Under the pieces are notes generated by a model. That model was given only the letters and a program-made list of their open reading frames with translations, searched no databases and was not told the DNA's origin. A stretch of DNA of 64,000 bases from Tubiluchus corallicola (Eukaryota; Animalia; Priapulida), in assembly GCA_030141605.1 (NCBI GenBank), contig JAQGDQ010000926.1:1-64000 (forward strand), read 5' to 3'. Shown here in pieces: positions 25,298 through 37,590 of this stretch. The position numbers and the translations under genes are program-made. Every line of letters starts with the position of its first letter. The first letter of the stretch is position 1.

Positions 25298-28200
25298 TTA
25301 ACAGCAGCTTTTCAAGCGGGCGCTGTTGTACTTTTGTCACACTTTTGATTGAAAGATTAATAATTACGTTTGCAAAACAATTTCATTATGGTAATGTAAT
25401 GGTTACATAATTAAATGATTGATTGAAAACATCAAAGGGCCGCCAATCGCAGTAAAGGGAAACGCCCTAGGCGTTCCTGAATTTTCGTATTGCTCCTGCT
25501 TTGATTGTGCGTTATGCATTTCTTTAAACGGAAAAACTGCTTAGGAAAAGGTGATTGTAGTTTTTGAGTTTGTATCTTTAAAGGAAATGCCAAGCTTTTT
25601 GAGAAGCCAGGCTTATGTCAATGTTTGCGCGATTTAATAATGAAAGTGTGATAAGTGCCTTGTGTAATTAGTAATGTACGTCTGCTTCTTGATGGTGGAT
25701 CAGAAGAGACCTACATTAGCAAACTAGAAAGCAAAAACAGTCAGTAAAACCTGTTTCACAGCCAGTATACAGGTATAGAACTTGACCTATGCAGAGTTTC
25801 ACAGGCTTCACAACAACCATTAATTTAAGATAGGGAGAGGACCAGTGTGTATGTAGTCACTGGACCATACAATTATACTGAAGGTAAGTCAGCTGGTAGA
25901 ATGTAACAGGATTAGCACATAGATGGCAGCACTTAATTACAATGCACAATTCCAACTTCCACAAGTAATATCCTTTTAAAGCCGCGATCATTTCACGCTC
26001 TGGCAGCCCTATTTTGAACGTCTTTTCTTCCTCCAATGACGTCATTCGCCGACGGAAGAGAAGCAGCACACTCTCAGGTTCCATCAAAAGTATCATCAGT
26101 TTTTACAAAATTTTTGATTTTGTGATATTTTTGCGCAAACATTAAGTAAGCTGCTGATGTCTTGAATTAGTTTAAGCAGTGCGTGCTTACGCAAAGCCAC
26201 GATGCTCTCAAGAAACGTCACGAAATCTACCAATTACGTCATAGTTTTCAGTGAGTGGCGGCTACCACTGCGCCTGAAAATTTCCATACAGCGGCTGTGT
26301 GTCTTAACTTATGTTATATAGACAGGTTTTTCGCAATTTTTTTGTGCCGTATTTTTCTAAGTTTAAATGATAACACTACAATATACCGAATATGCTAAGT
26401 GATTTGTCCTTTCCTTTAAGATGCGGCGAAATTGGAAATTATTTCATTTTTCTGCCTTTCTTTTGGCGTCTATGCGTTTATTTTCCTAACAATTGAGCAG
26501 ATTTCTAGAGAAAATCGTCAAGCAAAGTTGCAAAATTATTACAGCTCCAGTGACATTGTAGATGCGGTAATGCGGTAAACTAGCATTGTCGTGTTCACTA
26601 TGAGCTGCGTTGCTGCCGTTTCCGCACGACCGCGTACGTAGCCATAGCCACCTTCAATGCAAAGAATAATTTCTTTACATTTTCGACTTTGTCCACATCA
26701 GGTGTCTATGTTAAACATTTACGCTATTGAATGTCTGTTGGTGCATTTGTGGCAGGACAATGACTTTGGAAAGTTTGCTTCCTTTAAGCCAGAAAATCAT
26801 CTTTCGTCGGAGCATCATGACTTATTTAACGCCTGTTTTATATTTCACCCACATGACAGACAATGAGTAGCAAGACCAACTAAGGCAACAGTTTTGGGCT
26901 GTTGACAGCGGATTATGGTACCCAGTAACTGCGCGTTTTAGGGTTTTTGGAATTTATGCAAGTATGACTCACATAAACTATGTTGTCCAAGTGTTAAATA
27001 AAAGTGTGTAAGAAGACAGCATTACCTGCGCCTGAGGCACTTACCACATGTTTATGTCCTTCGATGAGGGCGGATCCTCAAACAAGAGATTTTCTATTCT
27101 TATTTTTTCACTTAAACAAAATTTTATTTTTTGTCGTACATTTGTGATATAAACGCTTGTGGTTAGTTCAAATCAAATTTTCTGAAATGCACTTCGATTG
27201 TCCTCTGCCAAATATTGACCGATCAACGTCCAGTGTTCACCTTACTGGGTGTATAAGGAAACGTCACCAGAGGTTTTGTACTAAATTAATTTCGGCACGA
27301 TGGCATTTTTCTTTGCGGACGACTGCGCCCTCATGCGAGAATTTCTGTGAAACTTCAACAATGTGTGAAACCTGCCCGCCTGTAAACAATTCTTGCGTCT
27401 CGGAGGTAAATCCTTTCCAGCATAACTGACATTCCTTTCAACAGTTTGGCTGGTCAGTGCAGAGGTACTTGCAATAGCGTTCGCGATTTGATACACATCT
27501 TTATCTGAGATCATCCTTCATTTGCGTGGGATAATCACTGTGCCTGTACTAATCCGTTCTGTGCTGATCGGATTACGTTTTTCTAAACTGATGTGTTTTG
27601 GCATCGTGCCAGGTTTTGTACCATAAGTGTATTATGCTGAACTTACGTGAAATGCGTTGGATGTCTAGTACGACCTAAGTAGAGTTCTGCTTTGAGTGTT
27701 AAACATTGTTTATTTGTGCGTTGCTAGATGGCGCCAAAGTGCTTTTCTCGACGAACTTTTTATGAACGCGTGACTTTCCATAAATTATTATAATTACCTG
27801 CCTATTTTCTTAATGTAAAAATACATTCGTCGAACGCATGACGTCATTTAGTAGATTTGACGAAGTAGCCGTCGAAGGGATGGATAAGCGTGTTTAGAAA
27901 CGACACTGTTTTGTGTGTGTACTCTGGTGGCTCCATCTGTCTTCGCTTTTCTTAAATATTAAAAAATACATATACTTGACCTGAATTGCCAACTATTACC
28001 ATGTAACCTAATATGAAATTACGTAAAATTGTTTCTTTTCTACTTCCAAATGGAGAGTTTTACGGTACGTTATATCGGTTGTGACTTTGTTTGTTTGTTT
28101 GACCGAGCCCCAAGGCTTGGGTTTATTCTAATAAGACATCAATTGTGGAAGGATATTTATTTTGAATATCTATTTAACATACTGGATAGTTTGTATATTT

Positions 28201-28532
28201 TATACATGTGTTCAAAACTACAAAAGTACTAACTGCAGAAATTACCACGTGGCATTTTCATTCTCACTGTTTAGAGGATCATATGTGTTATTAAAAAAGT
28301 TTGGAAACTTTTCTTTTTGTACGCGGAAGAAATAATGTTCAAAGATGCTGTGTTCCAGACTAAGCAATTGTTGGAATAAATAAGCAGGACATGATAAGAA
28401 TGACTTCCTGTTTACTGTTCCTGCTTTTTCAGCTATTTGTTAATTATATAATAAAGATACATCCACGAGAAAGCTCTAATTTAAACTTGTGATAAAATTC
28501 TGCATGTTCATGTAATTTTTGCTTTGTTTTAG

Positions 28533-28676
28533 TCAGTACAAAGTCTGATGATTCGACGGACAGTGCAGCCAGACCCGGGTCAAAACGGGCGGGTAGTGCC
28601 CCTCCGTCCCGACGGGGAATTTTTCACATGCCTGCTCACAAAACGGCAGGCGGCGCGGCAAATGTCGTCACTAACA
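28533..28676 (+). CDS. CLASP: CLASP exon, TOG1-TOG2 linker (STKSDDSTDSAARPGSKRAGSAPPSRR...VVTN)
   Basis: TTTTAG| ... |GTAAGT, 144 nt, phase 1-1; resembles the vertebrate CLASP1 linker DDEDSVDGNRPSS...APPSSRR. Confidence 0.85.
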
Positions 28677-29375
28677 GTAAGTATTAACTCTTTGCTGTTG
28701 TTGTTGTTGTTGTTGTTGTTGCGTTAACGTTTATTCAAGGCTTTAGTTTTGTATTTGCATTTAATGTGTTTTGATTTGTTTTTCTTTTTTTTCATAACTT
28801 TTCAGTAATACTAAAATACATATAATTCTCAACCTGTCATTATTTATCCTCTAAGTACACGTATTCATTGTCTTTATATGTGTATTTGGTAAGATTTTCT
28901 GTTTTCCAAAGTGGGACTTTATTGTACCTGTGGTATATTTTTTGCATTTAATTTAATTTGATTTAATTATTATTTGTTATAAATTTATTTACAAATAAAT
29001 GATATTTAAATGATTTTTTTGTTTCTTTTAAATATGTGTTTTCGATTTGTAATTTGCACAGTGCATTCGGTACGTTTAATTACGCATCAGCTAGAGTGGA
29101 AAAGTTTAATGCATGTTAAGAAAATGTTTTGACTTGACTTTCAAGGTTGAAATGCATTAATAAAAATGCTAATCCAACTCGCATGTTTGAGCAATCATTA
29201 AACAACACGAGTCTTATGCAAACTGTATTGCTATCATATTTTTTTCACTGGATTTTATATTTTTTAAAAACTATTTAATTTTAAAATTTAGTGTCAACAC
29301 TTGACTACGTGAACTTAGTAGAGAATGTGAACCATCTTTTCTAAAATTCAAGTAGCTGTGTTATGCAAGTTACAG

Positions 29376-30694
29376 CAGGTGTGCCCAGATTTTTTTAACT
29401 TACCTCACCTGTACAGGTGTGCCCAGATTTTTTTAACTTACCTCGCCTGTACAGGTGTGCCCAGATTTTTTAACTTACCTCGCCTGTACAGGTGTGCCCA
29501 GATATTTTAACTTACCTCACCTGTACAGGTATGCCCAGATTTTTTAACTTACCTCACCCGTAGAGGTGTGCCCAGATTTTTTTAACTTACCTCACCTGTA
29601 CAGGTGTGCCCAGATTTTTTAACTTACCTCGCCTGTACAGGTGTGCCCAGATATTTTAACTTACCTCGCCTGTACAGGTGTGCCCAGATTTTTTTAACTT
29701 ACCTCGCCTGTACAGGTGTGCCCAGATTTTTTTAACTTACCTCGCCTGTACAGGTGTGCCCAGATTTTTTAACTTACCTCACCCGTAGAGGTGTGCCCAG
29801 ATTTTTTAACTTACCTCACCTGTACAGGTGTGCCCAGATTTTTTAACTTACCTCACCTGTACAGGTGTGCCCAGATTTTTTTAACCTACCTCGCCTGTAC
29901 AGGTGTGCCCAGATTTTTTTAACCTACCTCATCTGTACAGGTGTGCCCAGATTTTTTTAACCTACCTCATCTGTACAGGTGTGCCCAGATTTTTTAACCT
30001 ACCTCGCCTGTAGAGGTGTGCCCAGATTTTTTAACTTACCTCACCCGTAGAGGTGTGCCCAGATTTTTTAACTTACCTCACCTGTACAGGTGTGCCCAGA
30101 TTTTTTTAACCTACCTCGCCTGTACAGGTGTGCCCAGATTTTTTTAACCTACCTCATCTGTACAGGTGTGCCCAGATTTTTTTAACCTACCTCATCTGTA
30201 CAGGTGTGCCCAGATTTTTTAACTTACCTCACCTGTACAGGTGTGCCCAGATTTTTTTAACTTGCCTCGCCTGTACAGGTGTGCCCAGATTTTTTAACTT
30301 ACCTCACCCGTAGAGGTGTGCCCAGATTTTTTAACCTACCTCACCTGTACAGGTGTGCCCAGATTTTTTTAACCTACCTCACCTGTACAGGTGTGCCCAG
30401 ATTTTTTTAACCTACCTCACCTGTACAGGTGTGCCCAGATTTTTTAACTTACCTCACCCGTAGAGGTGTGCCCAGATTTTTTAACTTACCTCACCTGTAC
30501 AGGTGTGCCCAGATTTTTTAACTTACCTCACCTGTACAGGTATGCCCAGATTTTTTTAACTTACCTCGCCTGTACAGATGTGCCCAGATTTTTTTAACCT
30601 ACCTCGCCTGTACAGGTGTGCCCAGATTTTTTTAACTTACCTCATCTGTACAGGTGTGCCCAGATTTTTTTAACTTACCTCACCTGTACAGGTA
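29376..30694. repeat. Minisatellite, 37-38-bp unit, about 35 copies
   Basis: Unit CAGGTGTGCCCAGATTTTTT(T)AACTTACCTCACCTGTA. Confidence 0.97.
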
Positions 30695-31385
30695 TCTACC
30701 ACACCTGCAGGTATCTACCACACCTATTTGATGAATGTTGTCGTAATTGCCAGCATCCCATACCTGTGTTCCTAACACGTACCTGATGTTCCCCGACGCA
30801 GTTTTTTAAATTTTTAATCTGCTAAGTGCCACTCCCCCGGTGCGGGATAGATTGCATCTGTATTTCTACTCGTATGGTTCTTCGGGCACTTGATATGTTT
30901 GTTAACCTTTAGTTGCTATTTCTCGTGTCCGAGTGACCAAATCCGAAATTGCCCGAAGCTTACATAAGCGTTGAGAAAGTAATTACGTATCCTTGAGAAT
31001 TTTTAACAACTGACCAGGTTAAACAAGGTTAAAGAGTCTTATTTTTTATGTCAAAACATTTCTTAATTAAATTGGTATGCGCCATTTTAGATATATGATA
31101 GTGATATGGTAGACTAAGTTACTATTGGAAATCCATTTCAATTAGTTTGATAGGTTTATCAAGATTTAGTTTTATCAAACTATATAAATTATTTGTTCAT
31201 TTTTTATTTTGTAACTATTTTGTAGATTGTAATTGCCAACAAATTGAGAGTTTAAAATGAAGCTTATTTTTCGTATGTAATCATATCATACAGAATTAGT
31301 TCCTTAAGTTCATATCAGTATAGAAACACATGTAAAATAAAAGTTACTTGGTCCAGTGGTTCACACAATACCTTCTAAAAGCTTA

Positions 31386-32007
31386 ACCGGTTAATTGTGC
31401 ATTCAGACTAGCGAGATTTCTTACCAAGTAACTCACAAACCACTTAATGGTGCATTCAGACTAGTGAGATTTCGTACCAAGTAACTTGGTGCATTCAGAC
31501 TAGCGAGATTTCTTACCAAGTAACTCGCAAACCAGTTAATGGTGCATTCAGACTAGCGAGATTTCTTTCCAAGTAACTCACAAACCACTTAATGGTGCAT
31601 TCAGACTGGCGAGATTTCTTACCAAGTAACTCACAAACCAATTAATGGTGCATTCAGACTAGCGAGATTTCTTACGAAGTAACTCGCAAACCAGTTAATG
31701 GTGCATTCAGACTAGCGAGATTTCTTACCAAGTAACTCGCAGACCAGTTAATGGTGCATTCAGACTGGCGAGATTTCTTACCAAGTAACTCACAAACCAG
31801 TTAATGGTGCATTTAGACTGGCGAGATTTCTTACCAAGTAACTCACAAACCAGTTAATGGTGCATTCAGACTAGCGAGATTTCTTACCAAGTAACTCACA
31901 AACCAGTTAATGGTGCATTCAGACTGGCGAGATTTCTCACCAAGTAACTCGCAAACCAGTTAATGGTGCATTCAGACTAGCGAGATTTCTTACCAAGTAA
32001 CTCGCAA
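31386..32007. repeat. Minisatellite, 53-bp unit, about 11.5 copies, built from a MITE left end
   Basis: Unit GGTGCATTCAGACTAGCGAGATTTCTTACCAAGTAACTCACAAACCAGTTAAT. Confidence 0.95.
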
Positions 32008-32248
32008 GGGTGTTCATCCTAGAGAGAAAAACTCGCTGCAAGTTACTCTCCGACAGCCACTTGACACGTGTCGAGAGTAACTCTCTGAGGCGTTCACACT
32101 AAACAGTAAACCAACTCGAAGCAACTGTCGGAGAGTTTTCATGAACTTGCTGACCGCAACTCACGTAGCTGTTCACACTTATGTTTTTGCCGTCAAAGTG
32201 GACCCCCCCCCTACAGAAAACTTGCAAGTCTGAAGTGTGAATGCGCCC
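31964..32248 (+). mobile_element. PIF/Harbinger-like MITE related to 57051-57439
   Basis: Left end TGGTGCATTCAGACTAGCGAG; right end ...AGTGTGAATGCGCCC; internal blocks colinear with 57051-57439. Confidence 0.7.
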
Positions 32249-32401
32249 TGACTGTAAGAATGCATGATTTATGCCATTAGTTACTGTCAAACTGAACTTG
32301 TACCGGGCACTTGTACTTTAATATCATGTTCACTTATAAATACTGGCAAGATTGGTTGAACTGTGCACTTACTACTTTTGCTTCCCATTATTTGCAAGCA
32401 G

Positions 32402-32452
32402 CTAAAGGTAAACCCTCAACCATTCCCAAGCCTAGGACACCACCTGGCAAAG
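32402..32452 (+). CDS. CLASP: Candidate CLASP cassette exon (TKGKPSTIPKPRTPPGK), 51 nt
   Basis: Pyrimidine tract plus AAGCAG acceptor and AAG|GTAGAC donor. Phase 1-1 matches both neighbouring exons; no stop codon; encodes an SxIP motif. Confidence 0.55.
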
Positions 32453-32920
32453 GTAGACAATTTTTAGAGAGCATGTTACTCATATTTAGAAATTGCACTA
32501 TTAAAATGATCAGTAGAAAAGTGAATCGGCGTACTTCGTGCAAATTTCGATTTTTGTTTTGAACATTTTGAAATTTTATATGTTTTGAACGTGTTGATGT
32601 ATGTTTCAATTTTTTTTTGTTTTAGGATTACTAATATAAAATTTTGTATTTAATAAGATTTTAGCAGCCTTTGATTTTGTAGTACTGTAGAATATAGAAT
32701 GTTGTAGAATGTAGAATATAGAATGTTGTAGAATGTAGAATAGTGACATATAATACACAATTAAATTTGTTTCCAAAATATATTTTTTGTAGTAATTGAG
32801 CCAAAAGTATAGAGCTTTCTTTTTTTAAGATTTTGAGTGATAATGCCCAAAACTAATTTTATTCATGCAAAGTATTTTACGTTGAAAATGAGTGTTGATG
32901 TGATTTTTTTACTGCATGAT

Positions 32921-33440
32921 GTTCAAGTTTTGCACTAGATGGCGCTGTTTATGGACTGTAAACGGTCTGGTTGTTCAAGTTTTGCACTAGATGTCGCTGT
33001 TTATGAACTGTAAACAGTCTGGTTGTTCAAGTTTTGCACTAGATGTCGCTGTTTATGGACTGTAAACAGTCCGGTTGTTCAAGTTTTGCACTAGATGGCG
33101 CTGTTTATGAACTGTAAACAGTCTGGTTGTTCAAGTTTTGCACTAGATGGCGCTGTTTATGGACTGTAAACGGTCTGGTTGTTCAAGTTTTGCACTAGAT
33201 GGCACTGTTTATGGACTGTAAACAGTCTGGTTGTTCAAGTTTTGCACTAGATGGTGCTGTTTATGAACTGTAAACGGTCTGGTTGTTCAAGTTTTGCACT
33301 AGATGTCGCTGTTTATGAACTGTAAACAGTCTGGTTGTTCAAGTTTTGCACTACATGGCGCTGTTTATGAACTGTAAACAGTCTGGTTGTTCAAGTTTTG
33401 CACTACATGGCGCTGTTTATGAACTGTAAACAGTCTGGTT
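32921..33440. repeat. Minisatellite, 52-bp unit, 10 copies
   Basis: Unit GTTCAAGTTTTGCACTAGATGGCGCTGTTTATG(G/A)ACTGTAAAC(G/A)GTCTGGTT. Confidence 0.96.
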
Positions 33441-34189
33441 ATCTTTGTCTTTCAGGTTGTGATATCTTTCATATCTAACCTTGAGCTTGTAAAATAAATT
33501 CTATTTCTATTTTAGTTTTTAGTTCTTTTTCATTGTAGTTAAAAGTACTATCCCAATACTGTCATCTTTTTTATACTAAATACTTAGTCTATTCTATGTC
33601 TGTGAGTAATTGGATATTTGACTTAGTATGAACCTCAACTCTCATTTTTGCCACATCTTAATTGGGCTATTATCAGCTTATTGCTACACATTAATATCTG
33701 CACATTTGTTTTTTTACGACACATTTTTTTGGGCAATAGGTGGGCGCATCATGGAAACCTTGTTACCTAGTATGAAAATTTGTGTTTATTGTTATAAATT
33801 AGTAACTATAATGTTGAGTTTGGTTGTATAGGAACTAATGTCTACGGAAGGCGATCGCAATCTTCTAGTGGAGGTATTACAGTAACTAGTAACTGAATTT
33901 ATAGCATGTTACCAAAGCACGATTGTTGTTCATTCACTTGAGTGTTTACTCCTAGATGGCACCACTTGGTTTCTGTTTCATTGTGATCTCACCATGTTAG
34001 TTTTATTCTTTTTGTATAGCAACATCCAGAACACTTTTGCTGCTGTTTCAGTGTTTCTTAACTTGCAGTAAAAGAGTCATTTTTTTAAATGGTAAAATGG
34101 TGTGCTTTGCTTGAGTTACATAAATTTAGTACGTCATTTTTTCAAGAATACGAAGCTGCTGTTATTATTCACCTGTTTCTTTCTTTCTC

Positions 34190-34274
34190 ACTCGGCCTCT
34201 CTTTCTCACCCAGTCTCTCCCTCTCTTTTCTCTCTCTCTCTCCTCTCTCTCTTTCTCACCCAGTCTCTCCCTCT

Positions 34275-34334
<60 letters not shown>

Positions 34335-34403
34335 TCCCTCTCCCTCTCCCTCTCCCTCTCCCTCTCCCTCTCTCTCTCTCTGTCTCTCTCTCTCTCTCTC
34401 TCT

Positions 34404-34435
<32 letters not shown>

Positions 34436-34436
34436 C
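34190..34436. repeat. (CT)n/(CTCTCC)n microsatellite
   Basis: Direct reading. Confidence 0.92.
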
Positions 34437-34607
34437 GTCAGAATGTTGTTTTGTTGCTTGTCACTTTTTTCATATCCGGAACTGTTTTCTGCACCATTAA
34501 ATCTGCACAAATTTGTTGCCTGTCCATGTTCACATCATCGTTGTCGTCATTTCTTCTCAGTTTGCCGTCTCTGTAACTTTATACACACGTAACTGTAGAG
34601 CTTATAT

Positions 34608-34766
34608 CTGCACTGTGTGATTATTCCTTTTCACTGTTGTCATTTTTGCATTGTGTGATAATTCCTTTTCACTGTTGTCATTTTTGCACTGTGTGATTAT
34701 TCCTTTTCACTGTTGCCATTTTTGCATTGTGTGATGATTCCTTTTCACTGTTGTCGTTTTTGCATT
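34608..34766. repeat. Tandem repeat, 38-bp unit, about 4 copies
   Basis: Unit TGCACTGTGTGATTATTCCTTTTCACTGTTGTCATTTT. Confidence 0.9.
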
Positions 34767-34950
34767 TCTGACCTCCGTCTTGTAAGCACACGAAGCGTAC
34801 AGTTTCATTTTTTTAGATTTAGATTTAATATTTTATTTCAAAGTTCTTTTACCGCTGAGTTATAATAATTGCAAGAGAGACTTGTTTACCGGTTGTGATG
34901 TTGTTTGTTCTTATACGTCTAAAGTTAATTAACTGTTGTCTGTTTTTCAG

Positions 34951-35015
34951 CACCTGCAGGGGCAGTTGACGAGGACCTGTTCTTTAGATCATTTGAGGAA
35001 GTACCAAAGATCCAG
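34951..35015 (+). CDS. CLASP: CLASP exon (PAGAVDEDLFFRSFEEVPKIQ)
   Basis: TTTCAG|...|GTAAAT, phase 1-0; matches the conserved AGAVDEEDFIKAFDDVP motif before TOG2. Confidence 0.95.
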
Positions 35016-35534
35016 GTAAATGAAAATGTACTGGGTGGCACAGAAAAAACATGCCAAAATTTACACAGCAATAACATTAGAAGAAAGTGCCATGCAAAGT
35101 CAAGATTTCACAATGATATTACAATTATAAGGAATGTGTGAAACTACCTTAACTGTGCTGTTTAAGCACAAGAAAACACACTTCCTAAATAAAGCTTAAA
35201 AAATTTGTCTTGAAATTTTATAATACATAATTGCTGTCTTATTGCATGTAGAGCTTGTATTAGTTTTGAGAGGCTTTATACACAAGCGTCTGTAACAGTG
35301 CAGTAATTTTCAATGCAACTTCATTATTTTCTTATAAGACCCTGATTTGTGCCACCTGATATATTTAGTTTGTTTGTTCTGTAAGAAATAATTGTAATAG
35401 ACATAGTTAATTAGCTTTTATAAAGTGTTAGTTTCCACTATGAGATGTTATCATGCATTTGTTTAATTTTCATATTTAATTTAACTGTGTTCATAGCCGT
35501 GCATGCTTGTTCATCTGTCCATCCGTTTCTTTAA

Positions 35535-35997
35535 TCCTTTCAGTCCCAAATTATTTTTTCAATTAGAAAATTTTTTTTTTGGCTTGGTGCTTTTGTTCAG
35601 TATGTCCATCTTGTTTACACATAATAATTATTTTTTTTCTACCTGTGCCCGCGTGCTAAATATAGCCTGTATCCCACGGGATACATTGGGATTCAATGGA
35701 AGCATAAAATGTGCTTCATTTTGCAACTGCTGATAATTTTTTAAAGTATTTAAGACATTTAGTATGTATGCTATGCTGATCTGTACAAAGTCGTCTCTAA
35801 AGTACTGTACCTTGCGCAGTTTTTTATGCCATGTAGATTTTCTAGTTTGCCATTTTATCACCATTTTTAGTCTATTGTTATTGGCTTAATTCAAAATAAC
35901 TATTAACAGATCAAATAACTGTCAGTTTTAAAATTTTATTAATTTTAAAGGCAGAAAATATTCTCGTATCCCACGGGATACAACGGGTACGAAAGGG
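35535..35997 (-). mobile_element. piggyBac-like MITE, family A copy 2
   Basis: TTAA on both sides; reverse complement of 24839-25297. Confidence 0.9.
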
Positions 35998-36096
35998 TTA
36001 ATCGTTTGTTCTTTCATTTTTTTTAATTTTTTGTTTGTTTGCTGATTTGCTTGTTTGTAAAGTGTGGCAGATGGTAAACAGAGTTTGCTTTCCCAG

Positions 36097-36189
36097 GTAT
36101 TCAGTGGAAAGGAAATGGAGGACGGGATGTCAAGGATACGAGAGATCCTCAATGACGACAAAATCGACTGGGAGAAGCGAGTAGACGCT
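36097..36189 (+). CDS. CLASP: CLASP exon, TOG2 start (VFSGKEMEDGMSRIREILNDDKIDWEKRVDA)
   Basis: CCCAG|...|GTAAGT, 93 nt, phase 0-0; matches IREILSDDKHDWEQRV. Confidence 0.96.
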
Positions 36190-36226
36190 GTAAGTCTTCC
36201 TGGATGTAATATTCCTTGCATTAGGC

Positions 36227-36686
36227 CAGGGGTGTGCAAATTGCGGCCCACGAAGAGATTTGTCAACCTAATGAAAGTGCGGCCCGGGCGATTAATTGAG
36301 TGTATCCAGCTGAAGTCCATGCCAGGATCCCAAAGATAGTGCGGGTAGTTTTTTCTACTAGATCGGATGCCATTAACCCTTACAAGATGGTTGTAGCTTA
36401 ATGTCACTGTACTACACAGACTGTGTGATACACATTACTAATATGCATTGTAATGAAATTACCACTATCTGTCCTGAAAGTAGAAATATATGGTTTGTAA
36501 TATAAATTTTAATAAATTCTAAAATAGTTTCTTGAGTGTAGTAGTAATGATGTACGCAGGTCGAATGCGAAAACATCATTATTAGGCCTTTCTGTACTTG
36601 GCTCCTTGATCAAACTGCATGTGGCCCACAGGAATTGCGGGAAAATTTAATGTGGCCCGGCTAGTCAGATAATTTGCACACTCCTG
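36227..36686 (+). mobile_element. hAT-like MITE, family B copy 1
   Basis: TIR CAGGGGTGTGCAAATT / AATTTGCACACTCCTG; imperfect 8-bp TSD CATTAGGC/TACTAGGC. Confidence 0.88.
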
Positions 36687-36896
36687 TACTAGGCCATTTA
36701 ATTTTTTTACTTACAATGGCAAGAAGTCAGCAGAGTGCTTAATTAAGATTGCGCAAAATCTGTCCACCAGGCTTCCACGTCTGACATTATCAATTATTTT
36801 AAATGTGCCGAACAAATTAGTTGGAGAGCCGCCCATTCTGTTTCATCTTATCTGCGTGTTGCTTGTCGTGAGTTCCGAATAAAAGAGAGGCGATTG

Positions 36897-37397
36897 CAGG
36901 GATGAGGATTTTCCGCGGATATGCAGAATTCCGAGTTTTTGGAAGACCAGTAGTGCCATTTTTGTAAATCGTGTAAATTCGTTGACTAAATTTTTACGGA
37001 CCCAGTACATTATTTCACAAGCTGACCGCTAGGTGGCAGGCCGTCACTTTGTTTACATCACGTACATCAGTGTAACCACGTGTATATCTCTATATATAAA
37101 AATATAGAATCAATTGTGCGGAGTTATTTGAGTCAATTGCAGACAGTTTTTATATACTTTTGCATAAGAGCGCCCAGTACTTAGACGTTTTTGAGACAAT
37201 TAGGTATCATGTATCCTTGATAGTTGGGTATTTTAAATTATACATGAAACAAGGCAATTGATATTTTAAGTCCACTTAGAGGCTCTCTATGGTCACAAAA
37301 TTGCAATTTGTTGCTGGCTCCAAGGGGTTTCCCCCCCCCTCGAACCCCCATGGGGGCCTGTTTCAGAGTTTTTTGCAATTTGTCATTCTCATCCCTG
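36897..37397 (+). mobile_element. hAT-like MITE, family C copy 1
   Basis: TIR CAGGGATGAG / CTCATCCCTG; TSD GGCGATTG/GGCAATTG. Confidence 0.88.
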
Positions 37398-37590
37398 GGC
37401 AATTGTTGCTGTCAGAAAAGCTGGACTTGTTGCGTAGTTTTATTGGAGAAGGGCAGTAGCGCCTGAAGCTGTCAACTAAAAACTCAGTTTTCCAATTAGG
37501 CCTGTCCGTCACACGGAGCTGTAAGCGGCTTAATAGCATTTATGTTGAGAGCGCCACTACGAACATGTAACCATTTCCTCTTTGTTTCAG

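Noticed and set aside
25092-25340. Recurrent short ORFs in MITE copies (also at 35503-36407, 50965-51180, 62690-62935 and 63600-63836)
   Set aside because: Identical peptides reflect repeat identity; no transposase motifs.
28050-28070. Mini first exon MESFT|GTACGT
   Set aside because: The phase-0 donor is incompatible with the phase-1 exon at 28533, and the alternative acceptor at 28537 gives a stop after three codons.
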